The notes under the pieces: model-generated | The model's input: the letters and a program-made list of their open reading frames with translations, nothing else | Told to the model about the DNA's origin: nothing | Databases searched by the model: none | Shown: positions 1-9,175 of the stretch, piece by piece | Layout of the letters: the number at the start of each line of letters is the position of its first letter | Numbering within the stretch: position 1 is the stretch's first letter | Assembly (NCBI GenBank): GCA_044359385.1 | Contig: JBIKMG010000004.1 | Span: forward strand, 1-53,441 | Source of the DNA: Coxiellaceae bacterium | GTDB taxonomy: Bacteria; Pseudomonadota; Gammaproteobacteria; JAJRRL01 | Length of the DNA: 53,441 nt | Direction: 5' to 3' | Made by a program: the position numbers and the translations under genes

Positions 1-1092
1 TTCTAGGGACTCTCGGCAAGGATGTTGAAGAACAGCAGACGACAGGATTTCTTTAGCGCGCACATAGCGCCGGGATTGATAGCACAAAATCCCCAGCGTT
101 TTTTGACAGATGATTTCATGGGGATGTTCTTGGCAAAGGGAATCAACGGCTGTGAGTAGCCCATCGATTTGGTCAGCAGGGAACTTCAAGTAACAATAAC
201 AGAGTAAGGCGTCCCATTGTTTTTTGAGCAAATACGCGAGTTCTGATTTTGCTTTTTCAAATTCGTTGAGACCGATTAAGCCTTCGATGTAGGTTTTTTT
301 GACGAGTAAGCGACTTTTTTCATCACGATCTGCTCGTTTCCAGGTATCCATTAATTCGTTCGTTGATTGGCGAGAAGCTAGTTTCAGACGATAGTGAAAA
401 CATTCTTCTTGCCAGCGCTTGTACTGCGTTTCCTTAACCGCTTTGTTTCTTTTTAAGTTAGGGAGTAATTGACTTAACAGAGCCCATTCCTGTAGTTGAC
501 AGCAGGTCTGGGCTAAAAGAAAGATGGCATAGGGGTGAGACGGTGTTTTTTCATATTGTATTTTAAGGCAAGAGAATGCTTTCTCCCAGTCCTGGCTTGC
601 CATCAGTATTTGTGCTTTGGCCAATTGAAAGCTGGTCTGCTCTTGCTTATTTCGAATATCGACGGTACTTAAGGCCAAGTCACGGTTCGTGGCATTTCCT
701 TCCAGTAAGGCGCCAAGTGCACAGAAAAGTTTGGGAATCAGTTTGTTGCGTGAAAGCGTCGCGGCTTTTTCTAAGCTGCTGTTGGCAGATGGCCAGCGGC
801 CATTAAGGGCATCGAGTAGCCCGTTTTCAGTGAGTTTTTTGATATTTTGCGCCAACTTTATTTTTTTTCGTTTTCGCAAGTAAGTACCCAGGCCAAGTAA
901 CCGAGCAAGCAGGCGAACCACAATATATAAAAGAATGAATGCCACGAGTAGCGTTAAAATAGCCGTCCAAAAGGATAGTTCAACTTGAGTTTGTGCTAAG
1001 TGAATGATCACATAGCCGCTGTGATGTTGGAAGCTCGTCACTAAAACAACGGCAGCAATAACAATAAAGAGTAAGATGAGTAAGACTCGCAT
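1..1092 (-). CDS. hemY: HemY-like protein (heme-biosynthesis-associated membrane/TPR protein); C-terminal end runs off the left window edge
   Basis: Absent from the ORF track because it is open to the window edge. The minus-strand ATG at 1092 reads MRVLLILLFIVIAAVVLVTSFQHHSGYVIIHLAQTQVELSFW..., a HemY N-terminal membrane anchor. I hand-translated 1-240 in this frame and found no stop. It is the last gene of a hemC-hemD-hemX-hemY array. Confidence 0.75.
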   Translation of the reverse strand, partial: MRVLLILLFIVIAAVVLVTSFQHHSGYVIIHLAQTQVELSFWTAILTLLVAFILLYIVVRLLARLLGLGTYLRKRKKIKLAQNIKKLTENGLLDALNGRWPSANSSLEKAATLSRNKLIPKLFCALGALLEGNATNRDLALSTVDIRNKQEQTSFQLAKAQILMASQDWEKAFSCLKIQYEKTPSHPYAIFLLAQTCCQLQEWALLSQLLPNLKRNKAVKETQYKRWQEECFHYRLKLASRQSTNELMDTWKRADRDEKSRLLVKKTYIEGLIGLNEFEKAKSELAYLLKKQWDALLCYCYLKFPADQIDGLLTAVDSLCQEHPHEIICQKTLGILCYQSRRYVRAKEILSSAVLQHPCRESLE

Positions 1093-1101
1093 GGCGCACC
1101 T

Positions 1102-2019
1102 CTAATGACTAATTAATTGATAGGACAACAGATCACGGGTCGGTTGTTCTGGTTGTGTGGATTGAAGCTGGTTAAGCAAGGCCTGTACTTGGGTTAGGGC
1201 CGTGCTCCCCGTAAAGCTCTCTTTGGCTAATTCACTCGCACGATGGAGGGAGCTTTGAAAAAGAGAGAAATTTTTTTGCATAAAAGCCCAGCTTGCCATG
1301 TCTAACTGCAAATCAAAACTGGCTTTTACGAGTTCGATTTGCTGAGGAGATAGTAGGCCTGGATTGTCGTTATGCATCCGCTGAATGACGAATAGGGATT
1401 TAAAGTTTTGCCACCAGCGCTCATAGATGTGTTGGGTCTTAACTGCGGAGCTCAGGCTAGGTAGTGGTGGTGTGAGAGCTTGTAACTGACGAACAAGTTG
1501 TTTAGCCAGTTGCAGGTTAGATAAAACGTTTTCAGGGTCTGTGCGATGCAGCGTCTTCAAATTTGCTAAATCCTGATCGATAGCATCGATCAGGCCGCTA
1601 TTTTGTGTTGGGTTTAGTTTTTGCTTTGCAAGCTTGAGTAAGGCAGTAGGTGCTTGTTCTTCTGAACCGTGCGCATGGCAAAGCTGAGCTAAGTTGATGA
1701 AGAGCTTAGCTTGCATTAATTGCTCGGGAGCGTTTAATTCGGTGAATGCTTGCTGCAGTACCCCTATCGCTGCGTTTTGTTTTTCCATTTGCAAATCGAT
1801 AGACTTCAGTGCTGATTGTACAGTCTCGTCTGTCGTGCTTTTAATGACGTTCGGAATGGTGAGCGTTAATAATTGCAGTTTGTTTTGATCGAGGCGATTT
1901 TCAAGCGTGAGAAACAAGGTTCCTAGGGTTAAGATGACTGAAACACACCCCAGAATGAGGGCTGCAAGGGCCATTCGATTCGGTTTAGTGAGAGGGGTCG
2001 TATTTTCTGCCTGATTCAT
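1102..2019 (-). CDS. hemX: HemX-like membrane protein (annotated in databases as putative uroporphyrinogen-III C-methyltransferase HemX)
   Basis: 305 aa with one N-terminal TM segment (MALAALILGCVSVILTLGTLFL) followed by a long helical region. It sits between hemD and hemY as in gammaproteobacterial hemCDXY operons, with a 2-nt gap to hemD. Confidence 0.65.
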   Translation of the reverse strand: MNQAENTTPLTKPNRMALAALILGCVSVILTLGTLFLTLENRLDQNKLQLLTLTIPNVIKSTTDETVQSALKSIDLQMEKQNAAIGVLQQAFTELNAPEQLMQAKLFINLAQLCHAHGSEEQAPTALLKLAKQKLNPTQNSGLIDAIDQDLANLKTLHRTDPENVLSNLQLAKQLVRQLQALTPPLPSLSSAVKTQHIYERWWQNFKSLFVIQRMHNDNPGLLSPQQIELVKASFDLQLDMASWAFMQKNFSLFQSSLHRASELAKESFTGSTALTQVQALLNQLQSTQPEQPTRDLLSYQLISH

Positions 2020-2020
2020 A

Positions 2021-2800
2021 TTAGGTCCCTAATGTTGCTAAAATTGCCTCATCTGCCGCAGAGCCAGCCACACGCAGTCTACCATAAAAACCCAGCGCTG
2101 TCGCAAGGGCAACATAGCGTTCTGTCGGGAGCAAGAGATCCGTCCCCCAGAGTGAATGCATCGGCATAGGTTTTAGCAACTGAGCAAGATTTTTCAAGCA
2201 ATCCATACTCTGTACCACGATTTGATGGATCGCTTCTTTTTCTAAGCGAGCAATACTTTGATTGCTATAGTTTGGGCACTTGCGTCGATAGCAGGCGATA
2301 TGGTTAACCTGTGCTCCGCGGCGTTCCAGATTAATTTGTAAGTGCTCTCTTGGATTCTCCCCACCAAGAATGACCCAGGTTTCAGCAGTAATTTTTTCTA
2401 GGCTTGGGTGATTGAGCAGCCCTTCTGACGAGTAAGGTTCTGCAGTAATAGCTGTTGGAAGCTTGATTGCTTCCATTTCTGCAGCGGTAGCCGGACCAAT
2501 CGCATAATAGCGTGCTGTAGGAAGATTTTTAGGCCAATTTTTTTGGATGGATCGTACGGCATAGCGAGAGGTGAACACGATAGCATCGCTTTGCTCGATT
2601 AAGTGCAATGGATTTTCAAGCAATCGTGCCGGCGGAAAAATCTCAATTTGTAAGCAAGGAAAAATTAAAACAACAGCACCGAGCGCTCTTAGTTTTTTTG
2701 CTAGGGCATCGTTGTCATCGCCAGCACGCGTCAGAAGAATGTGTAGGTCAGACAATGGTTTTTGGGCTTTTTTAACAGGTTTAATCGAGTAAGGGGGCAT
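2021..2800 (-). CDS. hemD: uroporphyrinogen-III synthase
   Basis: HemD-sized protein located between hemC and hemX. The track ORF starts at a GTG (2812); I used the first ATG at 2800 (MPPYSIK). Start choice is uncertain. Confidence 0.8.
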   Translation of the reverse strand: MPPYSIKPVKKAQKPLSDLHILLTRAGDDNDALAKKLRALGAVVLIFPCLQIEIFPPARLLENPLHLIEQSDAIVFTSRYAVRSIQKNWPKNLPTARYYAIGPATAAEMEAIKLPTAITAEPYSSEGLLNHPSLEKITAETWVILGGENPREHLQINLERRGAQVNHIACYRRKCPNYSNQSIARLEKEAIHQIVVQSMDCLKNLAQLLKPMPMHSLWGTDLLLPTERYVALATALGFYGRLRVAGSAADEAILATLGT

Positions 2801-2843
2801 TGATATTCTCACGGGTAAGGGATGATGGCTAAAGGGGCAAAAG

Positions 2844-3746
2844 TTATTCCTGGTTTAGTAGAGCGCGAGCACCGTCAGCCTCCAGTTGTTTCGCCAGAGT
2901 GATTCCTAACGTTAAGGCGTCACTTCCAGCAAGCTGACCGCGGAGTTGAGTTTTCCCATCCAGTGAACCAACATAGGCTCTGAGGATTAATTGCCCATCG
3001 TTAAATTCAGCGTGTGCAGCAATCGCTGAGAAACAGTCGCCACCGAGGTACTGGTTAAAAGCACGCTCGGCTTGTATGCAGGTGAAGGTTTTTTCACAAT
3101 GAATCGATTTAAGTAGTGTTTGCATCGCTTGATCTGTTCGTAAGCATTCGATGCCGATAACGGCTTGACCGATCGCTGGAACAAAAACAGCGGGGTCTAG
3201 GTGCTCGGTGATGCGCTGTGCGAGATTTAATCGCTCCAATCCGCAGGCGGCAAGTAAAACAGCATCAAACTCACCGGCATCCAGTTTTGTTAAGCGAGTT
3301 CCGACATTGCCGCGAATGAGCTTGCATGTTAAGTCTGGGCGTTGAGACAGTAATTGGCTGCATCTGCGAGGGCTGGCTGTCCCTACGCGAGCTCCGGGCC
3401 GTAATTCATGAAGAGTGCCGTAACGACTCACCAGTGCGTCGCAGACTGTTGTGCGTTTGAGCGTTGCGGCTAGCGTTAGGTTTTCTTGTGGGTGGACAGA
3501 GAGATCCTTGAGAGAATGAACAGCACAAAAACCGGGCTGGATTTTTTTTTGTAGGTCATGTGCAAATAGATTTTTACCACCGATTTCACGTAAAGCGATC
3601 TGTTGTTCGCGGTCACCTTGGGTGCTTTGTCCAGCAATGATGATTGATAACCGGGGGTTTTTTTCTAACAATAAACGACGAACAGTTTCTGCTTGCCACA
3701 TAGCCAGAGGTGAATGACGCGTCAGTAGGGTGATGCTATTCATCAT
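2844..3746 (-). CDS. hemC: hydroxymethylbilane synthase (porphobilinogen deaminase)
   Basis: 300 aa. N-terminal ITLLTRHSPLAMWQAETV and the later GNVGTRLTKLD and LAACGLERL segments match conserved HemC motifs. Confidence 0.95.
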   Translation of the reverse strand: MMNSITLLTRHSPLAMWQAETVRRLLLEKNPRLSIIIAGQSTQGDREQQIALREIGGKNLFAHDLQKKIQPGFCAVHSLKDLSVHPQENLTLAATLKRTTVCDALVSRYGTLHELRPGARVGTASPRRCSQLLSQRPDLTCKLIRGNVGTRLTKLDAGEFDAVLLAACGLERLNLAQRITEHLDPAVFVPAIGQAVIGIECLRTDQAMQTLLKSIHCEKTFTCIQAERAFNQYLGGDCFSAIAAHAEFNDGQLILRAYVGSLDGKTQLRGQLAGSDALTLGITLAKQLEADGARALLNQE

Positions 3747-4629
3747 CTGCCCGGATCAAATCCGCAAGTCGACGATCTTTTCTCTCCCACAATGCATTGA
3801 TCCAATCTTGAAAAAATTTTCGATATTCTCGGTCGTTTAAGTAATCGCCTTTGAGCGACGATTCAACGGGCAATCGATGAGCGTGCACGATAATTTTTTT
3901 ATACTGACCAGAGAGGAGTGACCACATGCTGGGACTGGGACAGTATAAAATATCTACGTCTAAAATACAGCTGAGTTTCTCGTTGAGAGAATTAATGACC
4001 ATTGCTATCCCTTGGGCTTTTGGGGGCAATAGATATTGAAAGGGTGAGTTCTTGTTTTTGTGTTTTTCTTGTGTAAAGCGAGTACCTTCAGCAAAGTTGA
4101 CAGCTGTTGCAGGAGCTTCTTGTAGTTTGAAACAAGCCGCTTGGATTTCTTCTAGACTTTTTTGTTTGAGCGAAGGATTTTTTCGAAGTTTTTCACGAGA
4201 GTGCCGAGCAACATGAGGGTAATGTAAAAACCACATGGCTAGACCTGCAAAGGGTAATTTCCAAATGAGTTCTCGTTTGTAGAAGAATTTAAAAAGTGGA
4301 ATGTGTGTACTAAAGAGAGAGACTAAAACCAAAATATCTGCTCCAGAGCGGTGATTCGCTATTAGCAGATACCAGTCATTAAAAGAGAGGCCGTTTGGAA
4401 TTCGAATGTCCCATTTATGCCTTACACCGGTAAATAGGATGATTCGATTTATCCTTCCCCACAATAAGGGAAAAAAGAGTAGGGAACGTAGGATGCTAGC
4501 GCGTAGTTTAATTGAAGGCATGCAATAGGCTAGGCAACCGCCCAAGATGATGGACAAAGAAATAAAGACCATCGAAGCAATAATCAGCGGGATAGCGACA
4601 AGGCCGCGAAGAAAGAGCAAGGGTTTCAT
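3736..4629 (-). CDS. membrane-bound acyltransferase (PlsC/LPLAT superfamily, YihG-like)
   Basis: 297 aa with N-terminal TM helices, the HX4D acyltransferase motif (ANHRSGADILV) and a downstream FAEGTR motif. It overlaps the hemC start by 11 nt. Confidence 0.75.
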   Translation of the reverse strand: MKPLLFLRGLVAIPLIIASMVFISLSIILGGCLAYCMPSIKLRASILRSLLFFPLLWGRINRIILFTGVRHKWDIRIPNGLSFNDWYLLIANHRSGADILVLVSLFSTHIPLFKFFYKRELIWKLPFAGLAMWFLHYPHVARHSREKLRKNPSLKQKSLEEIQAACFKLQEAPATAVNFAEGTRFTQEKHKNKNSPFQYLLPPKAQGIAMVINSLNEKLSCILDVDILYCPSPSMWSLLSGQYKKIIVHAHRLPVESSLKGDYLNDREYRKFFQDWINALWERKDRRLADLIRADDE

Positions 4630-4840
4630 GGGTAAACTCCGAATCGGTAAAGCTTGACTATGTTAGCGGTTAGTCGCTGAAAGTTAAAGTGAATGAGGGT
4701 ACGCCGTGTATTCGCCAGACCGGTATTAATGACGTCACTAATCGATCCATCTGCTTAAGATGGCCTTCCTTGTTTTCGAGCTGTTTGGATGTTAGAGTAA
4801 AAAAATAGGTGTAACTATTTATTTTAATTGGAATCTTAAC

Positions 4841-6292
4841 ATGACAGCAGCAACACTGAGTTCAGCCTATAACTTGCCTGTTTCTCAGCATCTAAAGAGA
4901 GCAGAGCGAGATGCGTTACGTATTCACGCAGAACAAATTCTAGCGACGATCACAGCTCAATCAGCGCGAGCTATTCCTCCGACTGTTTTGGAGTTGTTAT
5001 GCGTAGATTTGCAAGTTGCCGGTGAAAAACTAGCGCGCGATTATGCTGAAAATGAAGATCGTGCCTTTCACCAAAAAGAATATGAGAAATGGAAAGAAAT
5101 AGCGAAAGCCATGCAGGCGCAGATAGAAAAAAAGAGTGAAAAGACGATGCAAGGACCCCCGCATAGGATGGGAAGTGCTGCGGGAACGCATCTTCTTGGA
5201 GATATAACGAATTTAAGTTATGTGCTGGCTATGGGCGCGGCTAATATTTTGAAAGATGTGCCTACTGTTGCGGCGGGTTTTAGTGCAGCAGCAACAGCAC
5301 CGAGTTCTATTGTTTCAACGCTGGCTAGTGGGATGCAAGTTGGGCAGTCTTATTTTGCGCTGGTTGTGTTCTTGCCCCTGTTGATATTTGAGCTGAGCTG
5401 TGTGTTTACACATTGGAAAAAAAGAGAAGAGGACAAAAAAGACGAAAATCTCAGGGCTAAATTTTTAGAGCATGGAAGATGGATGCAATTGGTTAATGCT
5501 TCTGTTTGGATCGCTGCAGCGGTGGCCTCTATTTTTTTATCGGCAGCGCTGGCTTCTGCGGCAGCTGTTCCGATCGTGGCAGTGATGGCGGTGACTATTT
5601 TAGTGACAGGGATGATTCGTGCCATTCATCAAGCTCTCGAGCTCGCTAAATTAAGCAGAGTGTTAAAGCAATATCAAGAACAATTGGCGGATGAAGCGTT
5701 GCCGCTAGAAAAGAAGCGAGCACTTCAGTTGCTCGAGCTGAATTTAGCGAAGAAAATAGGAGAGAGTCAATCGAAGCTGCTTGTAGCGATTGGGTTCCCA
5801 GGGATATCCGTTTTGGGTCTTGTTATCACCGCGGTCGGTATTGCTATCGGTTTTGCACCGTTTTTATTAATAGGTGCTGCTATTGTGTTGGCGATTGGTG
5901 TTGCAACGGTTGTGATTAATCGAAAGGCTATTGAGGCTGCATTTAAATCAGTGGGTGAAAAATTCAAAAACAAAAAAGTCCTTGCTGAGTCACCAGCGCT
6001 GAGCGAATCGGAGGCAGATAGCGATTCCGATCTTAGCAGTCTCATGGTGGAATTGTCTGATTCTGATTCAGCGTCAGAATTCGATAAAGGGAGTGTCGAC
6101 AATAAAAAAACGCCTTTAGAAGAAAAGCGCCAAACTAAGCGAGCTATTGCCTCGATGGCTCGCGTGCATCGTCTACCAACGACCTCAGAAAGGACGGAAG
6201 TGATTTATCACGCTCAAAGAAAAACGCAACAAGAGTGTGATGAAGCAAGAGAGGAAGCATGCCGAGATAACGAAGAGAAAGAGGGTATCTGA
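4841..6292 (+). CDS. hypothetical multi-hairpin membrane protein with coiled-coil segments and an acidic Ser/Asp/Glu-rich C-terminal region (effector-like)
   Basis: 483-aa ORF with three blocks of paired hydrophobic helices (about aa 170-190, 215-265 and 320-365). Acidic tract SESEADSDSDLSSLMVELSDSDSASEFD. C-terminus EEACRDNEEKEGI. No domain recognised. Confidence 0.6.
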   Translation: MTAATLSSAYNLPVSQHLKRAERDALRIHAEQILATITAQSARAIPPTVLELLCVDLQVAGEKLARDYAENEDRAFHQKEYEKWKEIAKAMQAQIEKKSEKTMQGPPHRMGSAAGTHLLGDITNLSYVLAMGAANILKDVPTVAAGFSAAATAPSSIVSTLASGMQVGQSYFALVVFLPLLIFELSCVFTHWKKREEDKKDENLRAKFLEHGRWMQLVNASVWIAAAVASIFLSAALASAAAVPIVAVMAVTILVTGMIRAIHQALELAKLSRVLKQYQEQLADEALPLEKKRALQLLELNLAKKIGESQSKLLVAIGFPGISVLGLVITAVGIAIGFAPFLLIGAAIVLAIGVATVVINRKAIEAAFKSVGEKFKNKKVLAESPALSESEADSDSDLSSLMVELSDSDSASEFDKGSVDNKKTPLEEKRQTKRAIASMARVHRLPTTSERTEVIYHAQRKTQQECDEAREEACRDNEEKEGI

Positions 6293-6393
6293 GCAGGCGC
6301 AGGAATCCATTGCTCCCAAAAATAACAAACGCTTCTGGGTATGTAGGTACGACCCCGCGCTTCATAAGCCACCTGGCCCGGTACCTTATCGGA

Positions 6394-6894
6394 CTACTTC
6401 AGTTCCCGTAAGCTTTCGTAGGGGTCCTGAATGATAGGAGGCTGGTAAATGAGGTAAGGGCACCCACCCGGGTCACTGTGAATGCAGTTTAGGAGTCCTT
6501 CATTTTTGGGATCCTGTTTCCAATCCCCGCCTTTAGGGCGTAAGGTTAGGCTTTCAAAATAGACAAATATGGGAAAGTCTTGTGTTTGAAAAGTTACTTT
6601 AGGCATGTAGTAGCAAACAATATGCCCTTCAGAAGAGCCTAAATATTGCGCCCCAGCAAACCGATCGATCCCTTTGGCTAAAGAAGGCGAAGTGCTGTAC
6701 CACTTATATTTCAACAGGGCATGAGGATTTTTTGAGGTGGCATCGTGAGTGGTTTTTGTTGCCCACCAGCGCTGTTGCCTATCGATGTTAAGCTCGTTAG
6801 GTTCTGGGCAAGTGGTCATGTTATTTTTTTCTTCTGCTGCATAGGCAACACAGCAAAAAAACAGGAGTGTGAACGTGGCTAAAAAGGGTTTCAT
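6394..6894 (-). CDS. hypothetical secreted protein
   Basis: 166 aa with signal peptide MKPFLATFTLLFFCCVAYA and four Cys in the mature part. No family recognised with confidence. Confidence 0.6.
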   Translation of the reverse strand: MKPFLATFTLLFFCCVAYAAEEKNNMTTCPEPNELNIDRQQRWWATKTTHDATSKNPHALLKYKWYSTSPSLAKGIDRFAGAQYLGSSEGHIVCYYMPKVTFQTQDFPIFVYFESLTLRPKGGDWKQDPKNEGLLNCIHSDPGGCPYLIYQPPIIQDPYESLRELK

Positions 6895-7025
6895 GACGCA
6901 TCTCTCTAAAACGTGAGGTTATTGATTTTAACGCAAGCCGAGTGGTTTATCCACGGGAATCCTGATTTCACTGACGTCTTAAAACTGATATAGTTTTGCC
7001 AAGATAAGTTTTTTCAGGGATGCTT

Positions 7026-7646
7026 ATGGCCAAACTTCATTTCTATTATTCTGCTATGAATGCCGGGAAAAGCACGTTTTTGTTGCAATCCAGCCATAAC
7101 TATAACGAGCGGGGAATGGATACCTTATTACTAACGCCCCGTGTTGATGATAGAGGTGGTGTGGGTATGATTACTACGCGTATTGGCTTGAAACGACCCG
7201 CCATTGCCGTTAAATACTGTGAAAACCTATATGACTTGACGAAGGAGCACGTAGGGAAAAACTCGAATATTCGCGCTGTATTAGTCGATGAAGCACAATT
7301 CTTGACTAAACTTCAGGTGCATCAGCTCTGTCAAGTAGTTGATTCATTGGGTATTCCTGTTTTAACGTACGGAATTCGAACAGACTTTCAGGCGGAGCCT
7401 TTTCCAGGCAGTAGCGCGCTACTCGCTTTGGCAGATGAGCTGATAGAAATCAAAACGATTTGCCATTGTGGTAAAAAAGCAAGCATGAATATGCGCATTG
7501 ATGAAAAAGGCCAAGTCGTTCGTGAGGGTGAGCAAGTTTTGGTGGGGGGGAATGAGTCGTATATAGCAACCTGCCGTGCTTGCTTCCATAAAGGGGAGGG
7601 TCATCATCAGGAAATAGATGCCAAAAAAGTGGGGTTAACTGCCTAG
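7026..7646 (+). CDS. tdk: thymidine kinase
   Basis: MAKLHFYYSAMNAGKSTFLLQSSHNYNERGM closely parallels the E. coli Tdk N-terminus (P-loop). VDEAQFL and the C-terminal zinc-ribbon cysteines (CHCGKKA ... CRAC) are present. The second ATG was chosen from homology and an AGGGA Shine-Dalgarno sequence. Confidence 0.95.
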   Translation: MAKLHFYYSAMNAGKSTFLLQSSHNYNERGMDTLLLTPRVDDRGGVGMITTRIGLKRPAIAVKYCENLYDLTKEHVGKNSNIRAVLVDEAQFLTKLQVHQLCQVVDSLGIPVLTYGIRTDFQAEPFPGSSALLALADELIEIKTICHCGKKASMNMRIDEKGQVVREGEQVLVGGNESYIATCRACFHKGEGHHQEIDAKKVGLTA

Positions 7647-7747
7647 TGGGCTTGATCTGTATCAAAGTGCTTGAGTTTTTTCAAAATAAAATATTTTTTA
7701 GCCGGCAGTCCAATGGGCCAAGAGCCCTCGCAGCAGCCTGGCATTTC

Positions 7748-7776
7748 TTGACCATGTCTGGTTCTTGAGATATAGT
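7748..7776 (+). promoter_or_regulatory. candidate sigma70 promoter for the first Pht-like transporter gene
   Basis: TTGACC (7748-7753), a 17-nt spacer, then TATAGT (7771-7776), about 50 nt upstream of the ATG at 7827. Confidence 0.35.
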
Positions 7777-7826
7777 CCTCCCCTACTGTCTGGGTGATCG
7801 GCTACGGATGAACGGAGATATGTTTT

Positions 7827-9101
7827 ATGCGAGAAAAAAGCAGTGAATTTGGGTCTCGTCAGGCTTGGGTTGTTTGTCTCGTGGGTGCGCTTTTTTTCTT
7901 TTATACGTTTATTCAAATGGCCATATTAGATTCGCTGGGTGAGCCTATGATGCGTGAACTTGGGCTCAAAGCACCCGATATAGCCAAGCTAGCCTCTTGT
8001 TATTTCTATGGAAACATTTTGTTTCTTTTTCCAGCAGGAATTCTGCTTGATCGAATCTCTACTCGAAAAATAATGTTGATTTGTTTAGCCATTATGACAT
8101 CGTCAACCTTAGGCCTCGCTTTTGTGAATGGCTTAGCTGTTGCTATGCTATGCAAGTTTATTTTTGGTTTGTGTGGGGCATTTTGCCTGCTTTCTTGTGT
8201 GCGACTGGCTAGTCGTTGGTTTCCCCCCCACAAGCTGGCGTTTGTCATTGGTGTATTGCTGATGTTAGCCATGAGTGGTTCTTTGGTTGCCGAAACGCCA
8301 TTTACCTTACTATCAGACTATTTGGGTTGGCGCATGAGTTTTGGGGTAGATGCACTCATTGGGGTCGTGATTGCGGCAGCTATTTTTTGCTTTGTTAAAG
8401 ACAGCCCTTCTGATTCGCCGGATTTGGGTCATCAGCATGGGGGCCCGTCTTTTCGACGTTCAATTTTCAAGGTATTACGGTATTCACAAAACTGGCTCGC
8501 CGGGGCGTATACCTCATTGATGAATCTGCCTGTGATGATTATGTTTGTTTTCGGCAGCCTGTTTCTTGAGCAGGGTTATGGCTTTGATAGAACAGGCGCG
8601 TCACTCGTGATGATGGTTTTTTTAGTGGGTGTGATTTTAGGTTGCCCTGCCTTTGGCTTTATATCTGACAAATGGGGTCGGCGTAAGGCTCCGATGATTT
8701 TGGCCTCAATTGCTGCGTTAGTCGTTATTTGGCCTTTGTTTCAGATGGATCATTTATCTTCACGGGAGGTTGAGATTCTTTTCTTTTCTCTTGGCTTCAT
8801 TACCAGTGCGCAGGTGATTAGCTATCCGTTGATTGCGGAGGGTAATCCACCGGAGTTAACAGGAACAGCCGAAGGTGTTGCTTCGGTATTAATTATGTTG
8901 GGTGGGTTTTCACCGTTGTTGTTTGCTTATTTTTTGCGTTGGCATTGGACACCGCAGTACATCAATCATATTCCGCAGTACGGTTTGATGAATTATCACA
9001 ATGCGCTCTTGCTAATGCCCATTTCTCTGGCCTGTGCATTACTAACAGCCTTTTTTCTCAAAGATAGTCGACAAAAAAAGCCCAGGGAGAGTCACTCTTG
9101 A
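7827..9101 (+). CDS. MFS transporter, Pht (phagosomal transporter) family-like; position corresponds to phtC
   Basis: 424 aa, about 12 TM helices. It lies immediately downstream of tdk, as described for the L. pneumophila phtC-phtD thymidine salvage locus. It is a paralog of the next gene. Confidence 0.7.
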   Translation: MREKSSEFGSRQAWVVCLVGALFFFYTFIQMAILDSLGEPMMRELGLKAPDIAKLASCYFYGNILFLFPAGILLDRISTRKIMLICLAIMTSSTLGLAFVNGLAVAMLCKFIFGLCGAFCLLSCVRLASRWFPPHKLAFVIGVLLMLAMSGSLVAETPFTLLSDYLGWRMSFGVDALIGVVIAAAIFCFVKDSPSDSPDLGHQHGGPSFRRSIFKVLRYSQNWLAGAYTSLMNLPVMIMFVFGSLFLEQGYGFDRTGASLVMMVFLVGVILGCPAFGFISDKWGRRKAPMILASIAALVVIWPLFQMDHLSSREVEILFFSLGFITSAQVISYPLIAEGNPPELTGTAEGVASVLIMLGGFSPLLFAYFLRWHWTPQYINHIPQYGLMNYHNALLLMPISLACALLTAFFLKDSRQKKPRESHS

Positions 9102-9175
9102 GTGCACGAAGAATCTATTTTTTAGGTTAACTGAAAATAACTCCGTCAGATCTATAATTTTTTAAGGAGCGTATA

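Noticed and set aside
576-883. Two plus-strand ORFs (76 and 64 aa) at the left end.
   Set aside because: They are antisense to the open hemY reading frame and have no SD or recognisable features.
4630-4840. Searched the upstream regions of effector-like genes (also 44035-44405 and 52923-53302) for PmrA-type tandem TTAATATT direct repeats.
   Set aside because: I found no tandem repeat at the expected spacing, only isolated TTAAT/TTAAG words, so no PmrA-regulon claim is made.
6944-6955. DnaA-box-like TTATCCACG upstream of tdk.
   Set aside because: It is a single copy with one mismatch, with no cluster of boxes and no AT-rich unwinding element. It is not an origin.
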